A stretch of DNA of 64,000 nt, taken from contig OX337230.1 of the NCBI GenBank assembly GCA_946965045.2, positions 3,410,001 through 3,474,000 on the forward strand, given 5' to 3'. Source of the stretch: Epithemia pelagica. Lineage: Eukaryota > Protista > Bacillariophyta. Within the stretch, counting starts at the first letter, position 1. The number at the start of each line of letters is the position of its first letter. The notes under the pieces are model-generated. The model made no database searches. It was given only the letters and a program-made list of their open reading frames with translations, and was not told the DNA's origin. Made by a program: the position numbers and the translations under genes. This document shows, one piece after another, positions 36,187 through 48,290 of this stretch.

Positions 36187-36672
36187 TCAATTTTTTGTTT
36201 CCGGTACAATCACGTCTCCTCTGAAAAGCTGTACCATATAGAGCTTTCCGTCTGATCCTCGAGCAGTTCCCATACCAAACTCTGTGAACTTTCTGCTTAT
36301 AATGTTCTTATAAGCGGATCGGCCTCCGTTCATTGCTTCTTCGTGCATGGCCTGAATATTTGGACCTCTTTGGATGTTCTCCCCAGCACTTTTGGAGTTT
36401 ACAAGTTCCTGGAGTTCACTATTCGAGTCAGAGGTATGGGAGAGTTCCCCTTGTTCCGCCATGGTTTCGGCCTGCAGCTGGCAGACTCGATCTAAATATC
36501 TGTTTCTCCGCAAACTCTCTCGCCCTCGTCGTACACGTTCCTTGTTGATTAGTACATGAGAGCTCATGAAACCCAGCATACCTGGAATCAAAACATGATC
36601 GGACGAATTCGATGTTTCCGACGACGATTCCGACGACGTCTTAAGACGTGGCTCACGTTCAATCGTTTTCAT
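36187..36672 (-). CDS. CAP/SCP-domain protein, copy 3
   Basis: HVLINKERVRRGRESLRRNRYLDRVCQLQAETMA...LSH...GENIQRG...KNII...EFGMGTARGSDGKLYMVQLF. Confidence 0.8.
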   Translation of the reverse strand: MKTIEREPRLKTSSESSSETSNSSDHVLIPGMLGFMSSHVLINKERVRRGRESLRRNRYLDRVCQLQAETMAEQGELSHTSDSNSELQELVNSKSAGENIQRGPNIQAMHEEAMNGGRSAYKNIISRKFTEFGMGTARGSDGKLYMVQLFRGDVIVPETKN

Positions 36673-37192
36673 TTTGCTTGCTTCTCAATTTTATGATTAC
36701 ATTGTTTGTTTCTTCACACCAAAGACGTCGCAAGTGCCGCAGGTTTGCTTCCGCATGTCTCTACCGGTAGATTCAATTCACCAATCTCCCCCATCCGTGT
36801 AATCCTCAGAGCTATGCATGTTCCGCAAAAAATGATCGACTTCAATATCTTTTTGGACTCGTCCATCTATCGTGAGTGCCACACGCGGGGGAAGTGTCCC
36901 AGGACGACTGATTCCCCCAGCTCGCGCGAGTTTCCCCCAGTCGTGGCCATTGCGAGCGGAGAGCGGACGGACGGAATCTTGTACTGAGTCGTGCGGAGCT
37001 TTGTCGTACCTATGTCCTCTATGTATGTCAGCACAGCTTCGACGACTTTGCATCTTCTCGCGTTCATCATTCCATCAAATTAGTTGGCCTGGTCCATGAG
37101 GCAACGCAAACCTCGTTCCCACTACTTGTCTCCGAACCGTTTAAAGTCTTGTGTGGGGCCATCCTCACTCCTGCTGAAGTCTACCACAATCG

Positions 37193-38536
37193 TTAACCAA
37201 AGAGGGATGAAAAGAATCGGTCCACACCATCAATGATATTGGAAAAGGCAACCAATGCAAAGTGGTGTTCGACCTGATACTCTCCAATAATGTTTCCAAT
37301 GGAATCAGCAGCAAGCCATAATCCCATGGTGGCGAACACATGGGAAACGGATTCGTTCAAAACCAGTATTTGAAAGGCAATCCGTGTCCAAATGGCGGAA
37401 ACGATTGTCACTTGCCAGTTCAAATGGCCAAACAAAGACAAGCATTGAGCAGCATTACTGTACCCGTCTTCTTTGCAAAACGCTCTTAGGTATCCCAAGG
37501 CAGCGGCAGCCCATAGATCCGAGGAATATCCCGATCGCGCCGGGGAAGTCGCCATTCCTCCGTGACCATTCCAGAGAATCACATCCAGGTTGTTCCAGTT
37601 GGCCAAGAAGAAACTCATGACATTTCCAAAACCAGACGTCGCAATCATGAAAACGGACACTGCGAACGCGTAATTCAAGTTTGAATCCTCGGTCGTCAAT
37701 CGAAAGATTGACTTTTGCGCTTGATGTGCAATTTGTTCATCCATGACGGCCAAAGTGGGCGCCATGAACAACCATACATCCACCAGAGACACAAAGGTGG
37801 AGGACAAACGTCTTTTGGGCATGGGCCAAAATCCTCGCAACATGGCCTCTACCAAGGGATGATACGAACTCGGTTGCGATGTGTCCTGAATGAGCGTTAG
37901 AACCAAGGCAACAAGACACCACCCCAAAAGCAGTTGATAGGCTTGGAAATAACGCCGCTCTTGAGGTTCTTGATACCACAACAAATTTTCCAGTTCTTGT
38001 AGTTTGTTGAGATCCTTTCGCTTGGTACATCGACGTAGGGAAGGATTTCTTGGAAGCAACAAAAAGTCATGTGCCAATCGACAGACCTGAGATTTTTCGA
38101 GGTTGCATTGACTGGTCTGACCGGCCCCCAAGATTTGTAAACGAGGTTTGTTCCGCTTCGTCACCACTCGTACAGAAAAGAGCAAGTAGTTCACGACAAC
38201 GCCATTTCCGGATTGTGTTCTTGAAGAGGACGAAGCATCGTCCGGGGAAGTCAGAATCTCATAGGCTCGGTACAGTTTTTGTGCGTATAGCTGCAAGTCG
38301 ATATCTTCGTCGTCTTGGGTTCGTCGGCTCGAATTGGCGCTTTTCCAAGCTCTTGGAAATCGATCCATCCATTCTTGGTTGGCCGGGTTGGTAACGATGC
38401 AAAATAGAAACGCAATTGTGACGAGGAACAGCCGACCATAGTACCAGCGACGTGGTCGACCAGGACCCGCATCGTCTACAAGATGACCATCAACCAGCCT
38501 TCTGCCTCTTCGAAACATGGTGAACTTTGATTCCAA
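37193..38536 (-). CDS. Multi-pass membrane protein, possibly rhomboid-like
   Basis: 447-aa uninterrupted ORF with several hydrophobic helices. RSGYSSDLWAAAALG and VSHVFATMG resemble the rhomboid GxS and H..G regions (weak, by eye). Confidence 0.6.
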   Translation of the reverse strand: MESKFTMFRRGRRLVDGHLVDDAGPGRPRRWYYGRLFLVTIAFLFCIVTNPANQEWMDRFPRAWKSANSSRRTQDDEDIDLQLYAQKLYRAYEILTSPDDASSSSRTQSGNGVVVNYLLFSVRVVTKRNKPRLQILGAGQTSQCNLEKSQVCRLAHDFLLLPRNPSLRRCTKRKDLNKLQELENLLWYQEPQERRYFQAYQLLLGWCLVALVLTLIQDTSQPSSYHPLVEAMLRGFWPMPKRRLSSTFVSLVDVWLFMAPTLAVMDEQIAHQAQKSIFRLTTEDSNLNYAFAVSVFMIATSGFGNVMSFFLANWNNLDVILWNGHGGMATSPARSGYSSDLWAAAALGYLRAFCKEDGYSNAAQCLSLFGHLNWQVTIVSAIWTRIAFQILVLNESVSHVFATMGLWLAADSIGNIIGEYQVEHHFALVAFSNIIDGVDRFFSSLFG

Positions 38537-39168
38537 ACAATTTCAAAGTAAACTGATGCGATTCGAAGGAAGGTCGTGATAATGGCGATAATGTGCTCTC
38601 TGTTGCTTTGATCACAAGACAAGTACCTACCTAGGTAGATCTGCCACAGAGCATCTCATCCGTTGTGTTGTGTTAACACCAAAACTGCCACATGTCGCGA
38701 TTTCAGCACTGTCACGTATTCTATGTGCGACTGCATCTTTTCGTCCTTACATAAGTCCTTCTCCCAAGACTATGAATCTGCTAAAAATTGACTGGTGGAC
38801 TCCATATCTCATGGAAATCCACAAATGGCTTCATTCATGGAGCTTCCGCAATAGAGACATTCACCTTTGAGTCATAGAGAATCTACCTAGACAGGTCATA
38901 ATTGGCTGAACGTGTCGTATGAAAAGAGGATCTACTAGTGATGCTAAAATCACAGCCCCTTATATCTCTCTAAACTTGACATGCAATGAGTAAGAAGGTA
39001 GTGTCTGCGCTTGTGATTCTCAACAGGTGGAGACTTGTTTTTCACTGGTCACACCGAGCTAGCAAGCGCTGGAGACGAATCATTTAATTTCTTGGGGAAT
39101 CATGTGGGCGTAACCAGTCCCCACGGAGTCCGACAATGCGGCAATAGGAGCCCAATTGGCAAGTGGTG

Positions 39169-39984
39169 TCACACTTTGAGTCGCTTTGAAGGGCCCGTCA
39201 TGGTGTCTTCTACATCATCCTGCTGGTCAACTGGAGTCAAAGTAGTGCCTTCGTCGGTTGTGTTTGATGATTCCCTGGCTTCGGTTGGTGCGGATGTCGT
39301 TGACGGTTCTTCTGCTTCACTGGGGTTGCTTCGTTTCTTTGGATTTGCGAGTTCCACAAAGGTGGCATATGCAGGCCGTGACCATTTGGCAAGGCAGATT
39401 GATTCAGTATCCTGTCCGTTCAACAAGCCAAACCGGTCCGTGTGCAACATCTTGAAAATGCGGCGGTTCATCGTCCCAAATCCCTTATACCCACTCGTAA
39501 CGATAGCTCGGAGAGAAGATTGGTCTTCAGCATACTCAACGGCATAAGCCGTTCCCTCCTCTAGATGCATCTTGGAAAACCAATGCATCCCATAGAGCGT
39601 TGAAGTGGAAATTCTCATTTTAAACAGTGACTGGGCACGATCCATGAGGACGCAAACGAAGAGGATGCGCGTCAAGCGAAAGTCTTGAAAGATGTTGGCA
39701 ATTTCCTCTTCATATCTGTTCTTATCAGCAGAGGTCTCCCAGGCATTTACTAGTTCGTACAAAAGCTCAAGGCATGCCCCGCGATCCTTGTTGAGCGTCT
39801 TGTGGGGGTCCTGAAAAGGATTGTCACGAAACTCCAAATACAAGTTTCTTGCCCAAATTTCCCACAGTTCCGCATCTTGACTTCGCACACTATGACCGGA
39901 ACTCGAATACAAGCGGTTCAACCGAGCTTGGAAGTCAGCATGATTGTACTCTTTGACGAAATGGCTGACTGGTTTGGAGAACAT
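39169..39984 (-). CDS. Protein of unknown family, copy 1
   Basis: 271-aa ORF with a diverged but colinear paralog at 48291-48977. Confidence 0.75.
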   Translation of the reverse strand: MFSKPVSHFVKEYNHADFQARLNRLYSSSGHSVRSQDAELWEIWARNLYLEFRDNPFQDPHKTLNKDRGACLELLYELVNAWETSADKNRYEEEIANIFQDFRLTRILFVCVLMDRAQSLFKMRISTSTLYGMHWFSKMHLEEGTAYAVEYAEDQSSLRAIVTSGYKGFGTMNRRIFKMLHTDRFGLLNGQDTESICLAKWSRPAYATFVELANPKKRSNPSEAEEPSTTSAPTEARESSNTTDEGTTLTPVDQQDDVEDTMTGPSKRLKV

Positions 39985-40424
39985 GGTTGTAATTTGCTTG
40001 TGTTGGACTGAAAATCTTTCTGCCTGCTTTGTTTTGGGTCAGTGTGGCTCGAGATCGAGAAGGATACACGGACCAGAAATCTGACCCGACGTACAATATG
40101 GCTAGAATGTATACTATCGATCATAAAGTACGACCCGCAACCTCACGCGAGTCTAGGTTGTGTGTCTCTAGTATTGATCATTAAGTACAGCTACTACTTC
40201 CTCTTCTGAGCCTCTAGCTAGAGAAGTAGTTGCGATAGTTGCGCTATGCTTCAACTACTCCTACCTAGGTGGATGGGGTGCGCTTAGCGAAATGCCCCAC
40301 CGAGAAGGGAGGGGTGCAGTTTTCTGAGGCAGCGATCTGATTGGTGCCTTTTCCCCCTCCACTTTATCCTCCAACTGTCAACCAACCGTCGGAACAACAC
40401 TATTAATTAGTCTAAAAAAATCCA

Positions 40425-43400
40425 ATGGCGATCCAAATAGCTATAAAAATTGCGCAAGTACGACTATTCAATGTTTCAAAGTCGGTGGTCCCGGTCGGAA
40501 GGAATTGGAACTTGCCGATTCCCCACCGAGTTCACCAGAAAATGCCAACAACAAAAATTCCCTCCTCAGCTCTCCAGAAAAACACACAACACGCAACTAC
40601 GCTCATAATTGGAAAAACAAAACAAAAACTAAGAGGGATGGAAGAGGAAGAATCTAATATGGGCTTTAATGCCCACAGTGGTGGTTTCTATGATGAGTCC
40701 AACCAAGCACCCGAAGACACTGCTCTAGAACCAACGCTCCCAAAAAAGAGTGACAAACGGCCGGCCCTCGATCCTTTCTTTTTTCGCTGCTACGTTCATT
40801 CTCAAGACGCCCGCAAAGTAGAAAAGGAATTGGATTCAACAGACAACAAGAGCAAGATGGGTATTCAAAGCCAAAAGCGCCAACCTGCCAACCAGGCAAT
40901 CAAGCGCAAACCAGAATATCAGTTTGCCTGTTACCAAAATCAGAACCGAATGATTGGAGGTACAGGCGCCAACCCATTTGCATTTGAAGGTGTGGCTTTC
41001 GATCCTGTGAAGCACTGTGCCGTTTGCAACGCCGAAGCGAATGGCCGCAAGAAACCTCACCGCAGACACCACAAGCAATGTCCAAAAAACCGCAAGACCA
41101 AGGGATCTAAGAGCGACAACGACGTGAAGTTTGACGAAGCGGACAAAAAAGTTGCGGCTAACAACAGTAAGCCCTTCAACGGCTTCAACACTTCGAGTGC
41201 TCCCCCTCAAGTCCGCGAGTACGCACAGAAGATGCTGGCTCCTTTAAGGACAGACCACACGAATCTCCATGATGCTGTCCGGGACGCCATGTCTGACCCC
41301 GAATTTGTTTCTTCGGCGACAGACAGGAAGTCAGGGGCTCCCCTTCCTATTATGGCAGTGGTACGCCACCTGGTTTACCACAAAGAAAAGAAGTGGTTCC
41401 AACCCAACACACTGGAATTCAAAATTCCTGTGGTTCGGTACGGACAAAACATCGACCCTCACTATCATTCAGTCGAGGGACAGGTGATTCTGAATGTATG
41501 CTGGGAAGAACAATTTCCCGGACTGGAAATTGTGTGTCCTTCATGCTCTGAAGGCAAACTCCGTCGTGACCGGACAAACTTCTCTAAAAACAAGAGATTG
41601 TTCGCGATCTTCAAGCAGGGAGGAGCCCCTACTTGGGCAATCGTCATGACGTACAAGTGTACGCATTGTTCATTGCGTTACGACGCAAACGACGGGCAAT
41701 TGCTCATGGCCTTACCCATTCATGTCCGGAACGCGTATCCTGTGTATCCAAAATACGCAGACAATACCATGTCGTTCCACTTGGATAAGCCGACATCACA
41801 AATCCTTGAAGGATTGATGTTAACTTACGGAAATGGTGACAAGGTTTCCCGGATGATTTACGAAGGGATCACCTCGCAACATCTCGAAAAGTTCACGGCG
41901 TACTTGTCGGAGTGGAAAAGTCTACTGACCATGAAAGGGAATGAAGACGCTCCACCCCTCTACCCTGATCTGCATGGTGATTTTATTACCACCTGGCCAC
42001 CCAGTGGTGACTCGTTACGAGACCTGTACGAGAGAGCTGCGATTTCCCGATGCAACCAGTACGGAGTCTCGGACAAAGACCGCTGTACTCGAGAGATACA
42101 GTCCGTCACCACTACCAAGATGTTTGCTCAAGACCATACCATGGAACCGATCAAGAATTACAAGAAATCCCTGGGGGCTCATGCAGTATGGGACTCCGCC
42201 ACCGAGACCGGAGAAATTGCTACTGCTGTTTGTGTCCGAAACACAAAGACAGCTGAATTTGCTCACGCTGCGAAGGCCCTTGTACGTCGTCATGGATTTG
42301 AACCTGTGGTTATGTATAGTGATACATGGCCCAACAAGTTGAAATTTTGGAAACTATTATTTGGTGACGATTTGAAAGGATGCCTTGGTCTATACCACTT
42401 TCAACAGCGTATCATAAAGACCATATCACCTGTACAACAAGGCCCTCAATGATCTCTTACAGTGTGTTTATGGATTCGATTCCGAATCATACAATACACT
42501 GCTGAAGAATCTGAAGAATGGCAAGATGGGTCGTGAGGGAATCCCGTATACCAACCAAGAGATACTCGACATGCAGGAAGGAACGGAATTCCGTCGGCGT
42601 TTTGCCAAGTATCTCATGAAGGTGATCCACCCCCCTGAGGTCATTCAACATAACCTTCAGAAGTGGTTCGACACTTACAAAGGTTGCGAGGACCCACGAA
42701 CAGGAAAAAACTTTTCACTGTTGATACGAAGACAGCAGTTACAGAGCAAATTAAGAATGCGGAGCACATTCAAGATACTCTTCCCCTGGCTGACGTATAC
42801 CGCTCTGTTCCACCCACCGCAGCAACGAAGCACGACTGCCACGAGTACTACTCACAGAGGTGTGAATCCAAAGTGGAAGCGTATCATGATCATCTGGCTC
42901 ATTTCGCAAATTGCGGAATGAGAGTTGATCTATGTGACATTTTGAATCTTGTCGGAACAGCGAATTACAACGCAAAGATTCGCCACAGATTGCGAATGGC
43001 AGACGGTGCAAAAGGCTACGAATCGGTTCCACTTGGGTGGAAAACTCATCCTGACTATTACAATCATTCCGATTTGATTGTAGCCAATGGATTGGCTGAT
43101 GAAGTGAATTATCCATTTCTTCCCTTTGATTTTGCAAGACCCTTGCCGGAGGACAACGGTGAACGCTTTTTCGCGCATTACATGTTGGACCAGATTGAGC
43201 GGGATAGGAAATATCCCAAAAGCAATCTATCCGATCGATGTCAATGCCCGTCATGCGCCACGAATCCAACGCCACTGCCGCACGAGGTCGGAAAGAACTC
43301 GTTGGTTCCGTCGCATTCTCCTCCTACGTGTCAGGAATGCCCACCCCATGATTCTCCCTCGGGAACTTTCGCGAAGATGTTGGAAACATCTATAGACACG

Positions 43401-43961
43401 ATCACGGATCAAGCGTCTGATGAATCCGAGACGATCGTTCCTTCGTCTCAAGATTCTCGTGTCGATTCCATTCAGGATACGTTCGGGCGTTTGTTGAATG
43501 AATCGACACTCTCAGACAAGACCGACGTGCCCGAAACACCAGTGGTAATGACGTGTACCCCCAGTGCTGAGATTGTAGAGGTGGGACAAGAGAGTCGGTA
43601 TTGTCAGGATGTGACGACAGAGGTAAAGGTCATCTCGGGATCAAGTTTTGTAAAGATTGAAAATCCTTACAAAAAGCGTCGAACTACCATCCCTTTGATG
43701 CCCTACAGGGAACATTCCATGCCCCCGGCGCTAATGGCGACGGGAACAAAGTGGAGTCCCATTGACGTAGAGTGTGAAGACAAGTCAGCAGGCAAGAAAC
43801 GTCCGCCTTCGCAGTGGTTGAATGATGAGATCCAACGTACCAAGCGTCCGAAATCTCAACAACAGGTCTGTTGCTCTGCTTTCTTGGAGTGGGTGTGGAA
43901 GTACAATCGCAATGGACGTCCTCCCCATCTGGAAGGCTGTCCCAACCGTACGACCACATGA
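40425..43961 (+). pseudogene. Frameshifted DDE-type transposase (Mutator-related / DUF6729-like, by motif recollection)
   Basis: CAVC..HRRHHKQC and CPSC...CTHC Zn motifs; FAQDHT (D), ETGEI, MYSDTW (D), LGLYHFQQRI, RCESKVEAYH (E). Frame changes near 42421 and 42705. TIRs not located. Confidence 0.7.
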
Positions 43962-44085
43962 CGTCCAAATAAAAAGGATCGTCACCACTACTAATTATTC
44001 ACAATGACGTTCCACCAAAAAAGAAACATTGAATTCTGGAGCTGTGAAGTGATGTGTATTAATCTCTTCTGTTGCAGCATGCGTA

Positions 44086-44268
44086 AGGTACGAGTATGAA
44101 CAAGACCATTATAAGTTAGGTACGAGTATGAACAAGACCATTATAAGTTAGGTACGAGTATGAACAAGACCTTTATAAGTTAGGTACGAGTATGAACAAG
44201 ACCTTTATAAGTTAGGTACGAGTATGAACAAGACCTTTTTAAGTTAGGTACGAGTATGAACAAGACCA
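44086..44268. repeat. 32-bp tandem repeat, 5.7 copies
   Basis: AGGTACGAGTATGAACAAGACC(A/T)TT(A/T)TAAGTT at 44086, 44118, 44150, 44182, 44214 and 44246 (partial); no spacers. Confidence 0.95.
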
Positions 44269-44449
44269 TGGCAAAAGATGATATCATGGAAGACGTAACA
44301 ACGATTTACATTATAGTAGTAAATCATTAAATTCTTTGCTGCCAAAGACCTTTTTATACTTTGTAGAGTTCTAGTACAACTGGAACTCCAATAACGAAGA
44401 CAAGTATGGGTTGCAAACCATGGGCCCGTTCTAACGACGGGAATGGTGG

Positions 44450-45965
44450 GTGAGGTGCCCTCCTTCCACGTGATGTGTGTTGGTTGTCGTCGGAGGATGT
44501 TTCATCACGTCGGCGGCCTTTTCGTAGATCTTAGTCACGTTCTCCTTGTGAGGCATGACCGCATAGTATTTGACGTGTGGGACAATTTGGAGCGATTGGC
44601 CTTGCTTTAAGCGGATTTCTCCTTATCAAGGCCAATCACTTGGGCTTCCTCTTTCGCAGCAACTTTGCGATCTTCTTGTGGAGGAGAATCCTTTTTGGGA
44701 GGTTCCTTGGTATCATCATCATCCTCGTCCTCTTCCATGGCAGGACGGTCCTTGTCTGACTCCGGGGAGGAGTGGGACTCTTTTGTGTGTCCATCTGATG
44801 TTGGGGAGGCATCAGTGGTGGAAGGATGATGTTGTTGGGAAGGAGGACGAAGAGTCGACGGAACAAATGCCGGTTTGACTCTCTTAAAAAAGGTCACAAC
44901 CACATTAAGAAAAGAGACGGCGTCTTCCAGGCGGCTTGCGGTCTCCTTTAAATCGTCGAGGGGCGATTTGGGTGGAGAGGAGGGAACCTTTCTACCATCT
45001 TTGTCGACGATGGTGAGATACCCCAACTCATGGAGAACCTTCTGCGTCACTGGAACAGTTGCGTCCTTTTTCCTGCTATACAACCATTGGCCACATACTG
45101 CAAACCCGTTGAATTTGCATTCACCTTTATTAGGTAGAATAACAGCAACAGGTGTTGTGACACTCACGCTTAGAATATCGAATTCCGGCTCTTTGAGCTG
45201 TCGCAAGCAGTACATGGGCCTGAGAAGTGTGTTGATTTTGTTGTTGAAAACTTGCAACAAATTCAATTTTTCGTTGGCCAGGGTGTGGTATTTGCAAGTT
45301 TTCATTTGCCAATATCCAAACAATTCCCCACCGGTACCCACCGGGTGTATTTTTATCAGTCGGGGTAGGGAACCACATGTTGTCATCGATGGCGTTGGCC
45401 AAGGCGACGGCGGCAGTCCCTTTCGTCCGACCGACTGCGGTGTACGCCAACGACTTAGGCATGTGTCGTGATTGAAAACGAAGCACAGCCATGTTGGGAT
45501 CGGTGAAGCGCCAGTCTTCATCGTAGTCCGATAAAACCTCTTCCTCCTCATCGGCATCTTCGTTCTCGTCCGGTTTAGGCTCTTTGATTGCCTTTTTTTG
45601 TTTTCTGTTTTCGACTCTTTTTTGGATTCTTTTTTTCCATTCGGAAAAACTTCCTCCACGTAGTCTTTGGAGAACGAGTACTCCGAGCCAGAGTCTGAGT
45701 CCTTCGGTGGTGAAGGGTCATAACTCTCCTTCTTCTTCTTTTTAGGAATGGGAGAGATTTCAGAACTCGAAGTTGCACGAGGACGCGCGGCCTTTTTCCC
45801 GGATGAGGGAACGTCGTCAGTCATTGAAACAGGAGGTTTCTTTTTCAATGAATCATTGACGAAAAGGCCTGGAGTGGCTCTAGGAGGAAGAGGTTTTCGT
45901 ACACGCCCCATTGTGTTGGAGACCGTTGCGAGATACGGCTCTGGGGGGCTTGAAGACCGTGTCAA
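44450..45965 (-). pseudogene. Disrupted second gene convergent with the DDE transposase, unknown function
   Basis: Lys/acidic low-complexity ends. The most protein-like middle section (EEEEVLSDYDEDWRFTDPNMAVLRFQSRH...GGYRWGIVWIL) lies in the alternative frame 45130-45492, implying frameshifts. The 3' boundary is approximate. Confidence 0.5.
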
Positions 45966-46021
45966 GATGCGGCTTCAAAAAAGCAAACCGTGTCGAGATA
46001 CGGTCACTGTAGGACGGGGAG

Positions 46022-46181
46022 GCGACTTCGAGATGAAGCTCCCAACGGTGGAGACGACTTCAAGATGAAGCTCCAGAGATTCAGGCCTTGATAGACGTTG
46101 GTTTCAAAATGGAGACGACTTCTAGATGAAGCTCCAAGGACTCGGGCTTTAGGAATGGAAGACGACTTCGAGATGAAGCTT
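46022..46181. repeat. Four dispersed copies of GACGACTTCNAGATGAAGCT
   Basis: Copies near 46022, 46053, 46114 and 46160. Confidence 0.8.
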
Positions 46182-46186
46182 CCTTT

Positions 46187-46528
46187 GGGTTTCTCTGTGA
46201 AAGCCACAATGGAGAACGTGGTTAGAGTTGGTGCAAAAAGGGTTGGTGCATCGATTGGACTTACTGTTGGGAGTACGGGTTGGGAGTTTAGACGATGGTG
46301 AGTAGTGGCTTCAGACAATGGACAATGGATTGGAATGATGGGAAGAATGGGATGTTAAGGGTTTCTCTGTGAAAGCCACAATGGAGAACGTGGTTAGAGT
46401 TGGTGCAAAAAGGGTTGGTGCATCGATTGGACTTACTGTTGGGAGTACGGGTTGGGAGTTTAGACGATGGTGAGTAGTGGCTTCGGACAATGGACAATGG
46501 ATTGGAATGATGGGAAGAATGGGATGTT
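46187..46528. repeat. Near-perfect 172-bp direct tandem duplication
   Basis: gggtttctctgtgaaagccac...gaatgggatgtt at 46187-46358 and 46359-46528. Confidence 0.9.
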
Positions 46529-48290
46529 GCTGGATGGAGGGTGGTCGATCGTACTGTGTTGTCGCAAAAAAATTTCGGGTGAGAGTGTGTGAGCCGTGGT
46601 GATGGTGGTGATAAAATGAGCTTGGTTGTGTTTGATACTGAATGATCGTATAGTAATTTTCTGGTAGGAAGTTAGCGTTCAAAGGTACTTACATGATTCC
46701 CCAGTAGAAACCTTGGTACTTGGTTTCTGTCTGTGTTCCGTTTCGCGATTCATTTGATTGGATGGGAGAAGGATCGGCGAGTCATTTACATATGCCTTGT
46801 GTACCGAAAGAGGGGGAGTTGTGTAGGAGGATTTAATCCCCCACGACAAAAAAATGACTATAGGCAATTAAGTACTCAAGACTAACCAAGACTAAAATTA
46901 AGCGACGGTTATAACTGTTTCCCGTTAGGAAGTGGAATCCCCTTCCCTCGGGCAAGTCCTTTCCTTTCCCCTTCCTTTCCCCCCTCCTCTGCCTCTTCCC
47001 CCACTAAAGTCGGGGGGAGGGGTCCTGTGAGCGAACATAGGAGTAACTTAAAAGACAACGATATCTGTACGGAAAGGTGGTTTTTTTCATCAAAAATTTA
47101 CTTAGGAAAAGTCGAAAATGGCGGTTTTCGTTGGAACGGTTTCCAACTAGTATCCGTTTTTATGACATCAATCGAAACATAAAGACGATAGACATAACAT
47201 ATTGACACCAGAACAACTTTCACCGTGTCGTTTTGGAGAGAGCCATGGTCAAAGTTTTACATCCGGGTGGCGAATCTGGGATCATGACCAAGGAACTGAT
47301 ACGAACAATGGTGAAAAAAAAGACTTGCGTTCACGCCTGACAACTCAGAACTAAATTGATCGATCAATTGAATGAACGGTGAGAGCAAAGATATAGTAGC
47401 TATTATGGAATCAAATACAAATGTGATTTGATAGTTCTTCGTCATGGTTGATGAAACAGATGATTCGAATTGATGAAGAAACAGGGTTGCACGCGAGCCT
47501 CGAGCCGGTATGGTCATCGATCTAGAAGTACACTTTAAACGAGAGTAAAATTGAAACGACTGACCAGGCGTTCAGGGAAATTCTGTGAATACAATGAGTC
47601 ACGAATATGACGTTTTCATCATAATGCTAATGCAGTCCCCAAAATTTTTAAGTCACGAATAGAAAGCTCATGAGAAAGAAAAGGAAGCTCTCTTTTCAAA
47701 CGAACCATCACGTTGTCTTCACTATGCCACTCCGCCATAACAAAAGTATTACGACGCCGCATAAATCTATGATATTAAATTTCATTCAATATGAGAATGT
47801 GACCTCATGTTGCCGCATATGTGAGGCCACCACAAACAACAGAATTTTTTCTAGATTGACTTGGATTTCTTTTCCCCTTCGATGGTTCGGTTCTACTCCC
47901 ACGAGTATTGGACGGTTTCAAGTTTCTAGACGTCATGCTTAACTTCCATGTCTAATTTTGATTTTCGGTGTTTACTTTAACGTTGTCGATTTAATCTTCT
48001 ATCCGTTTTTTCCCACTATTTACTACTTTGCGCGCTACTTGGCACTAGATAGCTCTAGGTAATGACCATAACCCAAGCGGCTTCTTTCTTAAAGCTTCCA
48101 AAAGAGAAGCAACGAGCTATGAGTAATAGTGACAATCGACAGGTCACACTATTGACAATGGTTTCGAATGAATAAGATTTTTCTCTGTACTTGGCATGCA
48201 ATTAGAAAGGTAGGGCAACGGCGCTGCATACAAGGTGGTGACTTGTTTTTTCACTGGTCAGACCTAGCAACCAAGCGCTTGTGATCACAA

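Noticed and set aside
44086-44268. 32-bp repeat array as a CRISPR
   Set aside because: The units abut with no unique spacers, no cas genes are present, and the context is eukaryotic.
47000-48060. AT-rich block as a discrete transposon or as the end of the 40-46 kb element
   Set aside because: No convincing TIR, TSD or intact ORF was found by eye.
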